This document shows, piece by piece, positions 27,708-36,800 of a DNA stretch of 64,000 nucleotides. This DNA is from a virus. The position numbers and the translations under genes were made by a program. The notes beneath the pieces are model-generated. The model ran no database searches. It was given only the letters and a program-made list of their open reading frames with translations, and was not told the origin of the DNA. Position 1 is the stretch's first letter, and each line of letters starts with the position of its first letter. The stretch lies in the IMG/VR virus record IMGVR_UViG_3300033412_000008. One strand, given 5' to 3'.

Positions 27708-28137
27708 TGGCCGCGTCGCCAGCGATCTTCTTCGCTAGCTCTGGGTCATCTACCGCGGCGCCGAACAGGTCGCTGGCAGCGTCGGCCGGGTCGATGCGCT
27801 CGGCGTCATCGAGCACGTCGCGGGCGGGGGCAATCTCTTTGCGGATTTTGATTATCTCGTCCACGGTCAACTCGTCAGGGTTTTCGAGACGGTCTGCCAG
27901 GGCGGAGTCGGTGCACCGAACGATACGGCTGATGCGCTCGCGCATGATGGCGTGAATCTTGTTGGAAACCTGTTCGTCATGGCGCCAGTTAATGATGGTG
28001 CTCTTGACTGGCACGGACTCGATTTCGGCGAACTCTTTGTGGACAGTTTCGGCGATCCCTTTGTTCGAGTAGCCGTCGGCCCACAGCTCCGCAATGCGGT
28101 CGCGTAGGCCATCAACACGGTCCAATGTATTGGTCAT
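27697..28137 (-). CDS. terS: Putative terminase small subunit (HTH)
   Basis: HTH N-terminus; directly upstream of and overlapping terL. Confidence 0.6.
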   Translation of the reverse strand: MTNTLDRVDGLRDRIAELWADGYSNKGIAETVHKEFAEIESVPVKSTIINWRHDEQVSNKIHAIMRERISRIVRCTDSALADRLENPDELTVDEIIKIRKEIAPARDVLDDAERIDPADAASDLFGAAVDDPELAKKIAGDAANAE

Positions 28138-28182
28138 TCCCACAACTTCTAGTCTATCAAGTAGACGATTGAGACACAAGGG

Positions 28183-28211
28183 ACTCCCCCTATCCCGAAT
28201 TTCGGGGGAGT
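28183..28211 (-). terminator. Hairpin after holin
   Basis: ACTCCCCC/GGGGGAGT inverted repeat. Confidence 0.4.
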
Positions 28212-28272
28212 GGCGCCGGGGAACTTCTCGGGACCGGCCATGCCTTAATCGGTCTGCTGGCAGTGTAGCAGG

Positions 28273-28515
28273 TTAAATGCCGTTCTCGTACTGCTTCGCC
28301 TTCTCTAGCGCGGGGACAAGGTACTTCGTCTCCTCGCGAACGAGGAAGGCGGCCGCGGTGCCGATGGCGCCGTTGATGAGCTGAGCGACGAGTGGGTCCG
28401 GGTTGTAGCCCGGAATCACGAGCTGGAGGACAGTCGAGACTGCGTAGCCCAGCGCGCCCACAATCACCTTCTTTGCGACCGGCGGATTCGAGGTCGTGGC
28501 TGCTATGGAAATCAC
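28273..28515 (-). CDS. Holin
   Basis: Two TM helices, charged C-terminus, AAGGAGG RBS before GTG; follows the lysins. Confidence 0.7.
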   Translation of the reverse strand: MISIAATTSNPPVAKKVIVGALGYAVSTVLQLVIPGYNPDPLVAQLINGAIGTAAAFLVREETKYLVPALEKAKQYENGI

Positions 28516-28522
28516 CCCCTCC

Positions 28523-28948
28523 TTAGCTGGCGATGGGCCGACTCTCAAGCTGGCCCAAAGTGTTTGGAGTGCGATTGTGCTTGATGTCGTCAAGCACCTG
28601 AAGAACAAGCGATGCGTCTGTGCCCCAATCAGATTCACCAATGGCCTGTACGATCCGCGTCGCCGGAAGGTTGCGCCGCAGAGCGCGAAGAATCTTCTCG
28701 TAGCCGTGACCTTTGTACTTCAGTGTCTTCACCGTGGCCTGGATGCCTTCCTCTGCCGTAGCGTAGTTCTGTACGCCGACCCAATTGTAGCGAGTCGAGT
28801 GGGGCATCGGCTGCGTGGTGTTGAAGGGGTTGTTGCGCGCTCCGCCGCCCTCAGTTTGCATCTGAGCCTGGCCCGCACGCCGCGTATGCAGCGTGACATC
28901 GGCACCCAGGCGCCGCGTTACCTCGTTCCAGAAAGGTCCGCGATTCAT
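28523..28948 (-). CDS. Lysozyme-like glycosidase (second lysin)
   Basis: TEGG..NNPFNTT..GVQNY..GIQAT..WGT; in lysis cassette. Confidence 0.6.
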   Translation of the reverse strand: MNRGPFWNEVTRRLGADVTLHTRRAGQAQMQTEGGGARNNPFNTTQPMPHSTRYNWVGVQNYATAEEGIQATVKTLKYKGHGYEKILRALRRNLPATRIVQAIGESDWGTDASLVLQVLDDIKHNRTPNTLGQLESRPIAS

Positions 28949-29664
28949 GGCCGCAGCCTTGCGACATCGCGGGCGAGACGCTTACGGCCGCCAGTCTGGA
29001 TGCGCAAGCCCTTGTGGTCGCGCACGAGACGCTTGCGCTTGTTGCGCGCGGCGTACTGCTTGTGGAAGATGGCTGAAATGCGATGAGCAGTCTTCTCACC
29101 GATGACTCCGTCGGCAGTCATTTCCTGATCCTTCTGGAACCGGATGACAGCCTGCCGGAGCTTGGCGCCAAAGACGCGCCGTTGCCCGTGGTAGTAGGCA
29201 GCGTGACCGCTTGGGTGGATGTAGGCAAGACGCTTGGCGTAGAAGCGCACGCGCTTGCCCTTGTCGCCCTTCGAGAGATTGACGAACGGCGAACGATAGG
29301 CGCCACCAGTGTAGTTGACGTGCCACCACTCGGAGAAGGCTTCGGTCTTGTGCCAGCCGTAACGGCCGCCGTGGTCATCGGCCCACGAGCGCATCCAGGT
29401 CATCTTCAGGTCAACGGCCTTACCGCAGCCATGCTCAGACGTGTAGGGACGCGCGGCCAGGGGTCCACCGGCGAGGTAGACGGCCCAGGTATGATCCTGC
29501 CCGGCGCGGTCGCGATACGTCGAAAGTTCTGGTCCAGTCGGTTCGAGGCCAGCGGGCGCCAGGCCGTCGTTCCATGAATTGCCCGCGTCCTTCTGCAAGC
29601 GCCCGTAGGGGCGAATGTTGACGAGGTCGGAAGCAGGTAGAGCGCCGTTGTTCGAACAGGGCAT
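28945..29664 (-). CDS. Endolysin: M15-type peptidase plus peptidoglycan-binding domain
   Basis: STYR, SEHGCGKAVD, EWWH; AVIRFQKDQEMTADGVIGEKT. Confidence 0.85.
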   Translation of the reverse strand: MPCSNNGALPASDLVNIRPYGRLQKDAGNSWNDGLAPAGLEPTGPELSTYRDRAGQDHTWAVYLAGGPLAARPYTSEHGCGKAVDLKMTWMRSWADDHGGRYGWHKTEAFSEWWHVNYTGGAYRSPFVNLSKGDKGKRVRFYAKRLAYIHPSGHAAYYHGQRRVFGAKLRQAVIRFQKDQEMTADGVIGEKTAHRISAIFHKQYAARNKRKRLVRDHKGLRIQTGGRKRLARDVARLRP

Positions 29665-29681
29665 ACCCGTAGTCTAGCAAG

Positions 29682-30725
29682 TCAAGCGCCAGCGCGGAAG
29701 TAGACCGAGGCGATTCCGGCCTTGAATGCAGCCTGGGCGGCGCTGGACGACTCAATCGGCCAGTCCATCGTCTTCCCGCCCTCAACGATAGGCCAGTTGA
29801 ACCAGCACACGGCTTTGACGGCAGGCATCTGCTCCTGAAGGACTGGCCCGAGGAAGTCAGCGATCCAGGCAGCCTTGCTCGTGCCGCTGGGGGCACCCTG
29901 CTCTGTGGAGGCCGTCTCAGCGATGATGATGTCCTTGGTCGGCGCCAGACCGCGAAGTTTCGTGTACGTGGGGCCGAAGACCGCCGTCGCCGACTTCCAG
30001 CTCGTGTTCTTCAGCGGGCCAGCGTTGTAGCCGTCCATGCCGACGTAGTCAACGTATGACTCTCCAGGGAACCAAGCGGCCGGGTCGGAGGCGGTATCCC
30101 ACATGACGTTCGGGCACCAGAGGAACTTGACGTTCGGCGCGATGGCCTTGACGCGCGTGTACAGGCGCCGCCATGCGGCGACGTAGTACGGGCTGCGTCC
30201 CCAGGCGTACCAAGTGCCGTTGAACTCCCACCACGGCCGGTAGATGATTTCGCTGCCGAAGCTCTTGGCCTTCTGTGCCCAGGCATCTATCACCGAATCC
30301 TGGCCGCCTTCCGCGACGGCCTGGAGCGTGGTGCTGCCGATGCCGTGGTCGAGCAGCGAAACGGCGCCGCGAGACTTGACGGCGGCCAGGGCGTTGCTGT
30401 CGAGCTGCCCCCAGGGCTGTCCCCAATGCACGATGCCGACTTTCTTCCCGGCGTGTTCCTCAAACTTGTTCCAGGTGGTCTGGTCCCAGGGGACATCGCC
30501 GCCGGTGCCGTAGGTGCTGCCGTCGATCCAGGCGCCCCAGCGAATGTCGGCTGTCGGGGGAGGCGGTTCCGGCGTGGGCGGCTGCGCTTCTTGTTCGATC
30601 AGAGCCTTGGCTTCCCGAACCCGCGCCTTGCCGTTGCTGAGCGCTGTATTCGACGCGGAGTCGCGAGGCTTGACCTTAGCCAGTTCCGTCAGCGACGTGG
30701 CGAGCAGTTCAATGGCGGATGCCAT
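29682..30725 (-). CDS. Glycoside hydrolase family 26
   Basis: YRPWWEFNGTWY.WG, WCPN, WFPGESYVDYVGMDGYN, IIAETAS. Confidence 0.85.
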   Translation of the reverse strand: MASAIELLATSLTELAKVKPRDSASNTALSNGKARVREAKALIEQEAQPPTPEPPPPTADIRWGAWIDGSTYGTGGDVPWDQTTWNKFEEHAGKKVGIVHWGQPWGQLDSNALAAVKSRGAVSLLDHGIGSTTLQAVAEGGQDSVIDAWAQKAKSFGSEIIYRPWWEFNGTWYAWGRSPYYVAAWRRLYTRVKAIAPNVKFLWCPNVMWDTASDPAAWFPGESYVDYVGMDGYNAGPLKNTSWKSATAVFGPTYTKLRGLAPTKDIIIAETASTEQGAPSGTSKAAWIADFLGPVLQEQMPAVKAVCWFNWPIVEGGKTMDWPIESSSAAQAAFKAGIASVYFRAGA

Positions 30726-30753
30726 GAAGGCAGTTTAGCACGTCATACGATCT

Positions 30754-31176
30754 TCAACATGCCTCCCATAGGATCGTGTATGTAGCTTCTTCTCCTGCTG
30801 CCGGTGTCTGATTAAGCATAAACGTAAATTTTGTCGTTGTCCGTGAAATTATCCGAAATCCAAATGTTCCAGAGCCTTTTGCGCGCTCAATAGATAGACC
30901 AACAAAGGTAGGTTTAGCGCCCAAGCCGTGTTCAATAGTTTTTTCTTCGCTTTCTGTTGCCCCAGATTTTATTTTCACGGTAGTTTCTCCGCGCGCAATT
31001 GGAATTTCGCCGCCAGCAGGGCCTTCTTTACCTTCTTTGCCTTCTGGTCCTTCCGCGCCTGCCGGACCCGATCCAACACGGAGCCGAATTGGATCCTTCG
31101 CATCATCGAACTCACCAAGCTTACGCGCCGAGCGCTCGGGGCTGCTGACGCTGATGTCGATGGGATCGCGTGGCAT
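30754..31176 (-). CDS. Minor tail/fibre protein with short collagen-like stretch
   Basis: GPAGAEGPEGKEGKEGPAG; HGLGAKP. Confidence 0.55.
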   Translation of the reverse strand: MPRDPIDISVSSPERSARKLGEFDDAKDPIRLRVGSGPAGAEGPEGKEGKEGPAGGEIPIARGETTVKIKSGATESEEKTIEHGLGAKPTFVGLSIERAKGSGTFGFRIISRTTTKFTFMLNQTPAAGEEATYTILWEAC

Positions 31177-32285
31177 TACAGTTCCGAGCCTTCTTCGTCG
31201 ATGAGCACCGGCGTCACGGTCCCCGCGCCGTTGTCATTCAGCGCGACCTGAATCTGGTAGACGCGAACTTTGCCGTTGAACATCGTCACGTTATTGATGA
31301 CGGAGCGAGCTTCGACCATGTCGCCAAGCCAGAAGTTCGTGCCGATAGCGGGGACGCGGCCAGTCCCGTCGTCAACGTCCAGCGTCATGCTGACCACGAA
31401 GCGCGGGTTCTTCCGTACGCGCACGACCTCGTCAACCCAGCTTTGCCGCAGCGCCCCGTCAACGAGGCCGAACCCGTCGGCAACGATTTCGAAGCGACCG
31501 CGTTCTTTGACGGAGGCTTCGCTTTCGGAGGACTTGACTTCGGCGCCTTTTTCTTCGAATCCGCCGTCGGGAAGGTGAACCGCCTTGTTCGCGAGGCCAC
31601 CCAGGTCGCGAAGGTAGTTGAGTGATTTGACGTTCTTTTGCCCGTAGCCATGCTCGAACACCGCGGCCGCGGTGCCGCCGTACGTGGGTTTGGCTTCGAA
31701 CGTCACCAGCTTATTTTCGACGCTATCTAGCGCTTTCATGTACCAATCAAAGCCGTCCAGGCCGTGAGCAAGGTCGTTGATGCAAGACAGGGCAGTCTTG
31801 TAGGGACCAGCGACGTATATGCCCGACCCGCCCGCGCTGTATTCGGCTTCCGCGAGGAGTTTGATGCCCGTCTCCGCTTTCGTCGGGTATGTGGCGCCCG
31901 TGGTGTTGAGTTCATTAATCATTTTGTACGCGACCTTCGCCTTGTCGCCTTCGTATTTCGTCCCACCGGAGGACAGGCCAAGCAGACGCCGCGCGAGGCG
32001 CCATGCCGGGTCTGCCGCGTTGACCTTCACGCTGGGCTGGCTGCCGTCCTCCTGCGTCGCCAGCTCAGATGATACGACGTTGCCGTAGAACCGGAGCGTG
32101 GTTTCTTCGTAGACCTTGAGCAGCGTGTCTTCGGCAAACAGCGATGTCATCAGGGGGTTGTCCGGCCGGATCGTGAAGGATGCCGTCGATGGCTTGTTCA
32201 GCGACATGATGACGCTGCGCGCCGTAGCCTGCCGAATCTCGTTGATGGGCGTGCCGTCCAGTTTGGTCAGTATCATCGTCCACAT
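31176..32285 (-). CDS. Minor tail (hub/Gp37-like) protein
   Basis: Position after Dit; FWLGDMV. Confidence 0.65.
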   Translation of the reverse strand: MWTMILTKLDGTPINEIRQATARSVIMSLNKPSTASFTIRPDNPLMTSLFAEDTLLKVYEETTLRFYGNVVSSELATQEDGSQPSVKVNAADPAWRLARRLLGLSSGGTKYEGDKAKVAYKMINELNTTGATYPTKAETGIKLLAEAEYSAGGSGIYVAGPYKTALSCINDLAHGLDGFDWYMKALDSVENKLVTFEAKPTYGGTAAAVFEHGYGQKNVKSLNYLRDLGGLANKAVHLPDGGFEEKGAEVKSSESEASVKERGRFEIVADGFGLVDGALRQSWVDEVVRVRKNPRFVVSMTLDVDDGTGRVPAIGTNFWLGDMVEARSVINNVTMFNGKVRVYQIQVALNDNGAGTVTPVLIDEEGSEL

Positions 32286-32311
32286 GGTGTATTAGTCTAG
32301 GATCGTGGTCA

Positions 32312-33844
32312 TTAGGCGTAGGTGTCACGCCATTTAACTTCGTATGGGCCGCCTGTGATTTTGAGAGAATTTTTGCCCGGTTCGATCTGCCACCAAGTGG
32401 AACTTGCGAACTGAAGTGCGTTGTAGGCATATGTTGATCCATCTTGCGTAATCGTATGGTTCTTGAAGTCGATATCGAAGTATTTAGACGCCGTTTTTAG
32501 TTCGACGTTGTTCAACAAGATCGACTGTCCAGTAGTCGTATTTTCAATTTTGTATTCTTTGCCTGGCCCATAGACACGGATCGTTGGGAAGGCAGGTACA
32601 TCACCTTCATTCACCACGTCTGCATTCTTGGTCGCGCGTCCAATCCGCTTAGCTGACGATCCCCTAATCCAATAAATGTAACTTGAATCGGCAGTTATAT
32701 CACGGGGGGAACTGCCAGAAGGTAGATATTCTGTGTTGATTTCTGTGCCATCTAGATTCGAACGCGCAATTTTGGCAGCGCTGCCGCGTGTCCAATACAA
32801 ATATTTGCTGTCAACTACAGTGATGCCAATCGGTTCACTGCCGGGGCTAATGAATTCTGAATTGGCGCCCGTCCCATCCAATTTGGCGCGCCCGATTTTG
32901 TTGGCGTTAGTGCGCGTCCAATACAGATACGTACCATCGTTCGTTATAAAGTTCGGTTCGCTACCAGCCGCGATGAATTCTTTGTTGACTTCCGTGCCGT
33001 TCAGTTTCGCCCGGCCAATTTTGGCAGGCGTTCCAAGCGTCCAGTAGAGATAGGTTCCATCCGTGGTCAAACTCTTTGGTTCAGTGCCTGTTTCTTTGAT
33101 AAATTCTGCGTTAACTTCCGTGCCATCTAGTTTTGCGCGGCCAACCTTGTTCGTCGCAGACAGTACCCAATAGAGATACGTGCCATCAGTTGTCACATCC
33201 GACACGCTGGTATGCCCAGCACTGATGAATTCTTCGTTGACTCCCGTGCCGTCGATTTTCGCGCGGCAAATTTTACCTGACGCGCCAGAACGTGTCCAGT
33301 ACAGGTATTCGCCGTAGACGACGATTCCCCCGCTAGGTTCACCTGTGAGTTCCGCGCTAAGTTCTGTATCAACTTCGCTGACGTGCGTCGTTAGCCCCTT
33401 GGGGGATGGGTCCGCGGCTACCATCGGAATCTGGAAGTCCTTGACGTAGCCTTTCGTGATGCGCACTGGCTGCTGACGACGAAGCAAAAGTTCGACTTCC
33501 GGGCCGCCCGCAGGCTGCCATTTTAGGGTCGCATCTTTCCGCAGTGCCCGCGACGCGAGCTTGATCCGGCGCGACTTTTCGTTGCGGTTCGTGGCGCTGG
33601 AAGCAATGATGGTCCCAACGAGCACGACCGGGCGCCGTCCGTCGTAGAAGTCGCCGTGATGCCCACCATCTTCTTCGACGGCCTCAGTCGCATCCTCCCG
33701 CACGTCAGCCGAGTCCAGGCCGGAGGTTTCAGGTCCGAGAATGCCGACGAAGTCCGGGTCCGTGGAGTCGTTGAAGACGGCGCGCGTGCCGTCTGGGCCG
33801 GTCAGGACGTATTTGCAGCCGTATTCAACGCCGAGAACGGTCAC
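32312..33844 (-). CDS. Distal tail protein with inserted six-bladed YWTD-like propeller
   Basis: Follows the tape measure; six Y(L/I)YW repeats about 42 aa apart; Dit-like C-terminus. Confidence 0.75.
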   Translation of the reverse strand: MTVLGVEYGCKYVLTGPDGTRAVFNDSTDPDFVGILGPETSGLDSADVREDATEAVEEDGGHHGDFYDGRRPVVLVGTIIASSATNRNEKSRRIKLASRALRKDATLKWQPAGGPEVELLLRRQQPVRITKGYVKDFQIPMVAADPSPKGLTTHVSEVDTELSAELTGEPSGGIVVYGEYLYWTRSGASGKICRAKIDGTGVNEEFISAGHTSVSDVTTDGTYLYWVLSATNKVGRAKLDGTEVNAEFIKETGTEPKSLTTDGTYLYWTLGTPAKIGRAKLNGTEVNKEFIAAGSEPNFITNDGTYLYWTRTNANKIGRAKLDGTGANSEFISPGSEPIGITVVDSKYLYWTRGSAAKIARSNLDGTEINTEYLPSGSSPRDITADSSYIYWIRGSSAKRIGRATKNADVVNEGDVPAFPTIRVYGPGKEYKIENTTTGQSILLNNVELKTASKYFDIDFKNHTITQDGSTYAYNALQFASSTWWQIEPGKNSLKITGGPYEVKWRDTYA

Positions 33845-36800
33845 GACAGCGCTCCCAGCTCGAACTCCTGCTGCTTCGTCCAGGTGTGCGGATCGGGCGG
33901 CGGCGCCGCAAAGTGATTCACGACCTCAATCTTAGTGCCTCCGGCCGCGCTGTGCCAGTCGTCGCTCGCGCCGCCATGCTTCTGCGACGGCCGCGTGCTA
34001 CTCCCGCCGGGGATGTAGTTCGGGTGGCCGCCTGTGCGACCGATGGCGTCGCTGATGGCCTTCTGGAGGTAGTTCGGCTGCCCGCCGGGGGCGCCAACGG
34101 CGAATGTGGACGGACCACCAGGGCCGCCGCCAGCCGAGGAGGCACCAGGAGCGGCCGCGGGGGTCGTCTGGCCGGTGATGTTGCTGGCGAACTGCTCGTA
34201 GAGCTGTTCACGCGCTTCGTTGTAGGACGCAGTCTGCTCGCCGATGCTCGGGCCTTCTTTGCCCCCGGCACCGCCGCCGGTTTCGTACGGCGCTTCGACG
34301 GTGCCGGTTTCGACATCGGTGATGTATTGCACGTCGTCTTCGGCTTCAGACAGCGCGTCTTTGATGCTCGGAACCTCGCCGCGGAATTTCGCCAGTTCCT
34401 GCTTCGCTTCTTTGATGAGGTCTTCCTCGTGTTTGCGCGCCTTTTTAAGTTCGGCCTGCTGCTTCTTCCATTCGTCGATCTGATGTTTCTTCTGCCGCTT
34501 CTTGGTGTTGTAGTCCTTGGTGCTTTCGGATTTGCTTTTTTCCATCTTGCTGTATTCGTTTTCGAGCTTGCCAATCGTTCCACTCACCTGACTCAGCCGA
34601 GAGCGCGTACCTTTCAGCGCTTTTTCCGCCTTGCCCTGCTGATTCAGGATTTTCTTTTCGATGTGAGGGACGATGGGGTTCAGCAGTTTGCGCTCGTCCT
34701 CGCGGATATTTTCCTTGTAACCACGGAGCAGCCCGTAGTTCCAGTTTTCCATCCGCCCCGCGGCAATCTCGCGTTCCTCGTGCGATAGCTCCGCAGAGTA
34801 GTGCCCTTCTTCGCTTTCCGCGTTCTTTTCGGTCGCGTTGTACCGCTCCAGCCAATCGCCGTAGTTAAGCCGCGTAGCTTTCAGGTAGTGGTGAACCCGT
34901 TTCGAGAGTTTCGGCGGGTGCGGCCCAGGGCCGCCTTTCGCCCCGCTGCCGGAACCGGAGCCTTTTTTACCTTTCCCTTTGCCTTTTTTGTAGGCCGGGA
35001 CGACTTCGTAGCCAAGGTCGCTGGCCGCCTGATCCAGGTACCGTTCGTTGGCGCCACGGTAGGCAGGGTTCGTCGCAATGACGTACTCGTGATGCTGCGG
35101 CGCCTGCTCCCCAACCAACATCGTTGGCTTGTTAATCCGCTGACTCGGGCCAGACTGTTTGCGGATCGCCTTTTCGTTCGCGCGCTGTAGCTCGCGGTCG
35201 TTGAGGCCGCCGCTGGCGAAGGTCGAGTAGAACGTGTCGGCTGTGCCACCGGAGTAGCCGCCGCTCTTATGCGTGATGACGTTGACGTTGACCGTTTTGT
35301 CGTGGAGGCCAGACAGAGCAGCGTTGACGGCCTGGATCGAGTTGAGGGCCTGCTGGTTAGTCGCCGTAATGTTCAGCTTGTAGTGCTGTTTCGCAGCGCT
35401 CTTGCCTGCGCCTTCGGCCTTCTTCGCCTTGCCGGAGGCATTGTCGATGGCCTCCAGGCGGGCAGAATACTTCTCGTCTACGGCGCGGCGCATATTGTGG
35501 TGCGCGCGTTCGGCCGGGGTCGTCGCCTTGTCGAGCGCCTTGATTTCGGCCTGGTACTTATCGTGGGCAACGTCGCGCAGATGCGCCTTCAGGCGCCGGA
35601 TAGCCGCCTCGGCGGACTCCGAGCGAGCGAGGATGTTGACCGTGTTCTTCGTGCCCGTGACGCGCTGCGAGAGCGCGGCCAGGCGCTTGAGCTTGGCCTG
35701 CGCCTGCTGGTCGTTAGCGCCAACCTTGATGTTGGCGCGCGTCGCTTCGACCTTGTTGGTCTGCGCCTGGAGCTTCTGGAGCTTGGCGATGGTCTGGTCG
35801 GCACCCTGCGACTTCACGGCGATATTCTTCACCTGACCGCCGCGGCCAAGGTTCGTCAGCTTGTTGCCCAGCTCCGTGACCTTCGCCACATCCTTCGGGT
35901 TAACGAAGCTACCGATTTTCTTTGTCGCCGTGGCGCCGATGGTTTCAGCCAGCTTGTGCAGGCCGCGCTCCGTCGCCGCGGAGATTGGCTTCAAGTCCTT
36001 GATCGAACGCGCGTAGGGAACGGCCGTGGCCGCCTCCTGGCGCTGAGCGCGCGACACGTCAAGCATCGCCTGCGCCAGGTCGCGTTCAGATTTGGCTAGC
36101 TTGTTCCGTTCTTTGGCTTCCCAGGTACCGCCGCCGGGGCCGGACATCCGTTCTTCTGCCCGGATGCGTTCCTTGTACGTCTTAATCTCCTCGCGCGCCG
36201 TCTTGACGCGATTGCGGGCGCCCGTCAGGAGGGCTTTCTGACTGTCGATCTGTTCGCGGTTGACGGCGCCGGTCTGGTGGGCGGCGCGCGCCTGCTGCCG
36301 TTCAGCGTGCGTTAGCGCTTCGACCGCCTTCGTCACCTTGTCGGCGGGCGCACCTTCCTTCTGGAGCTTGACAAGGTGAGCGCGTGCCTCGGAGGCGTTC
36401 TTCGAAGCGCTGGCGTTGTGTTGCTGAGCGGCCGCGTATTTGTCGATGGCCTTCGAGGCGCCAGTCAGCGAGTTGTCGATTTCGTGTCCGGCCTTGCGGA
36501 AGTCCGCTTCAACGTCCTGAATCGACTGTCCAGTGTCGCCGAGGACGATCCCAAGGGTGACGAGGCCCGCGATAACGGCCGCCGGGATCAGTACCTCTGG
36601 CGCTAGGGCGGCCGCCAGGAGGCCAGCACCCGCCTCAGCCTCGCCGAATCCAAGTGCTGCGCGAGTAGCGGCCGCGGCGCCTGCGCCCAGCCCCGCATCT
36701 GCGCTCAAAGCGGCTACTGCTGTAGCCTCAGTCGCAACAGTGGCCTCGGCGGCGGCGACCGCCTCAGCCTCTAGTGCGGCAGCCGCCGTGGCGGCGGCGC

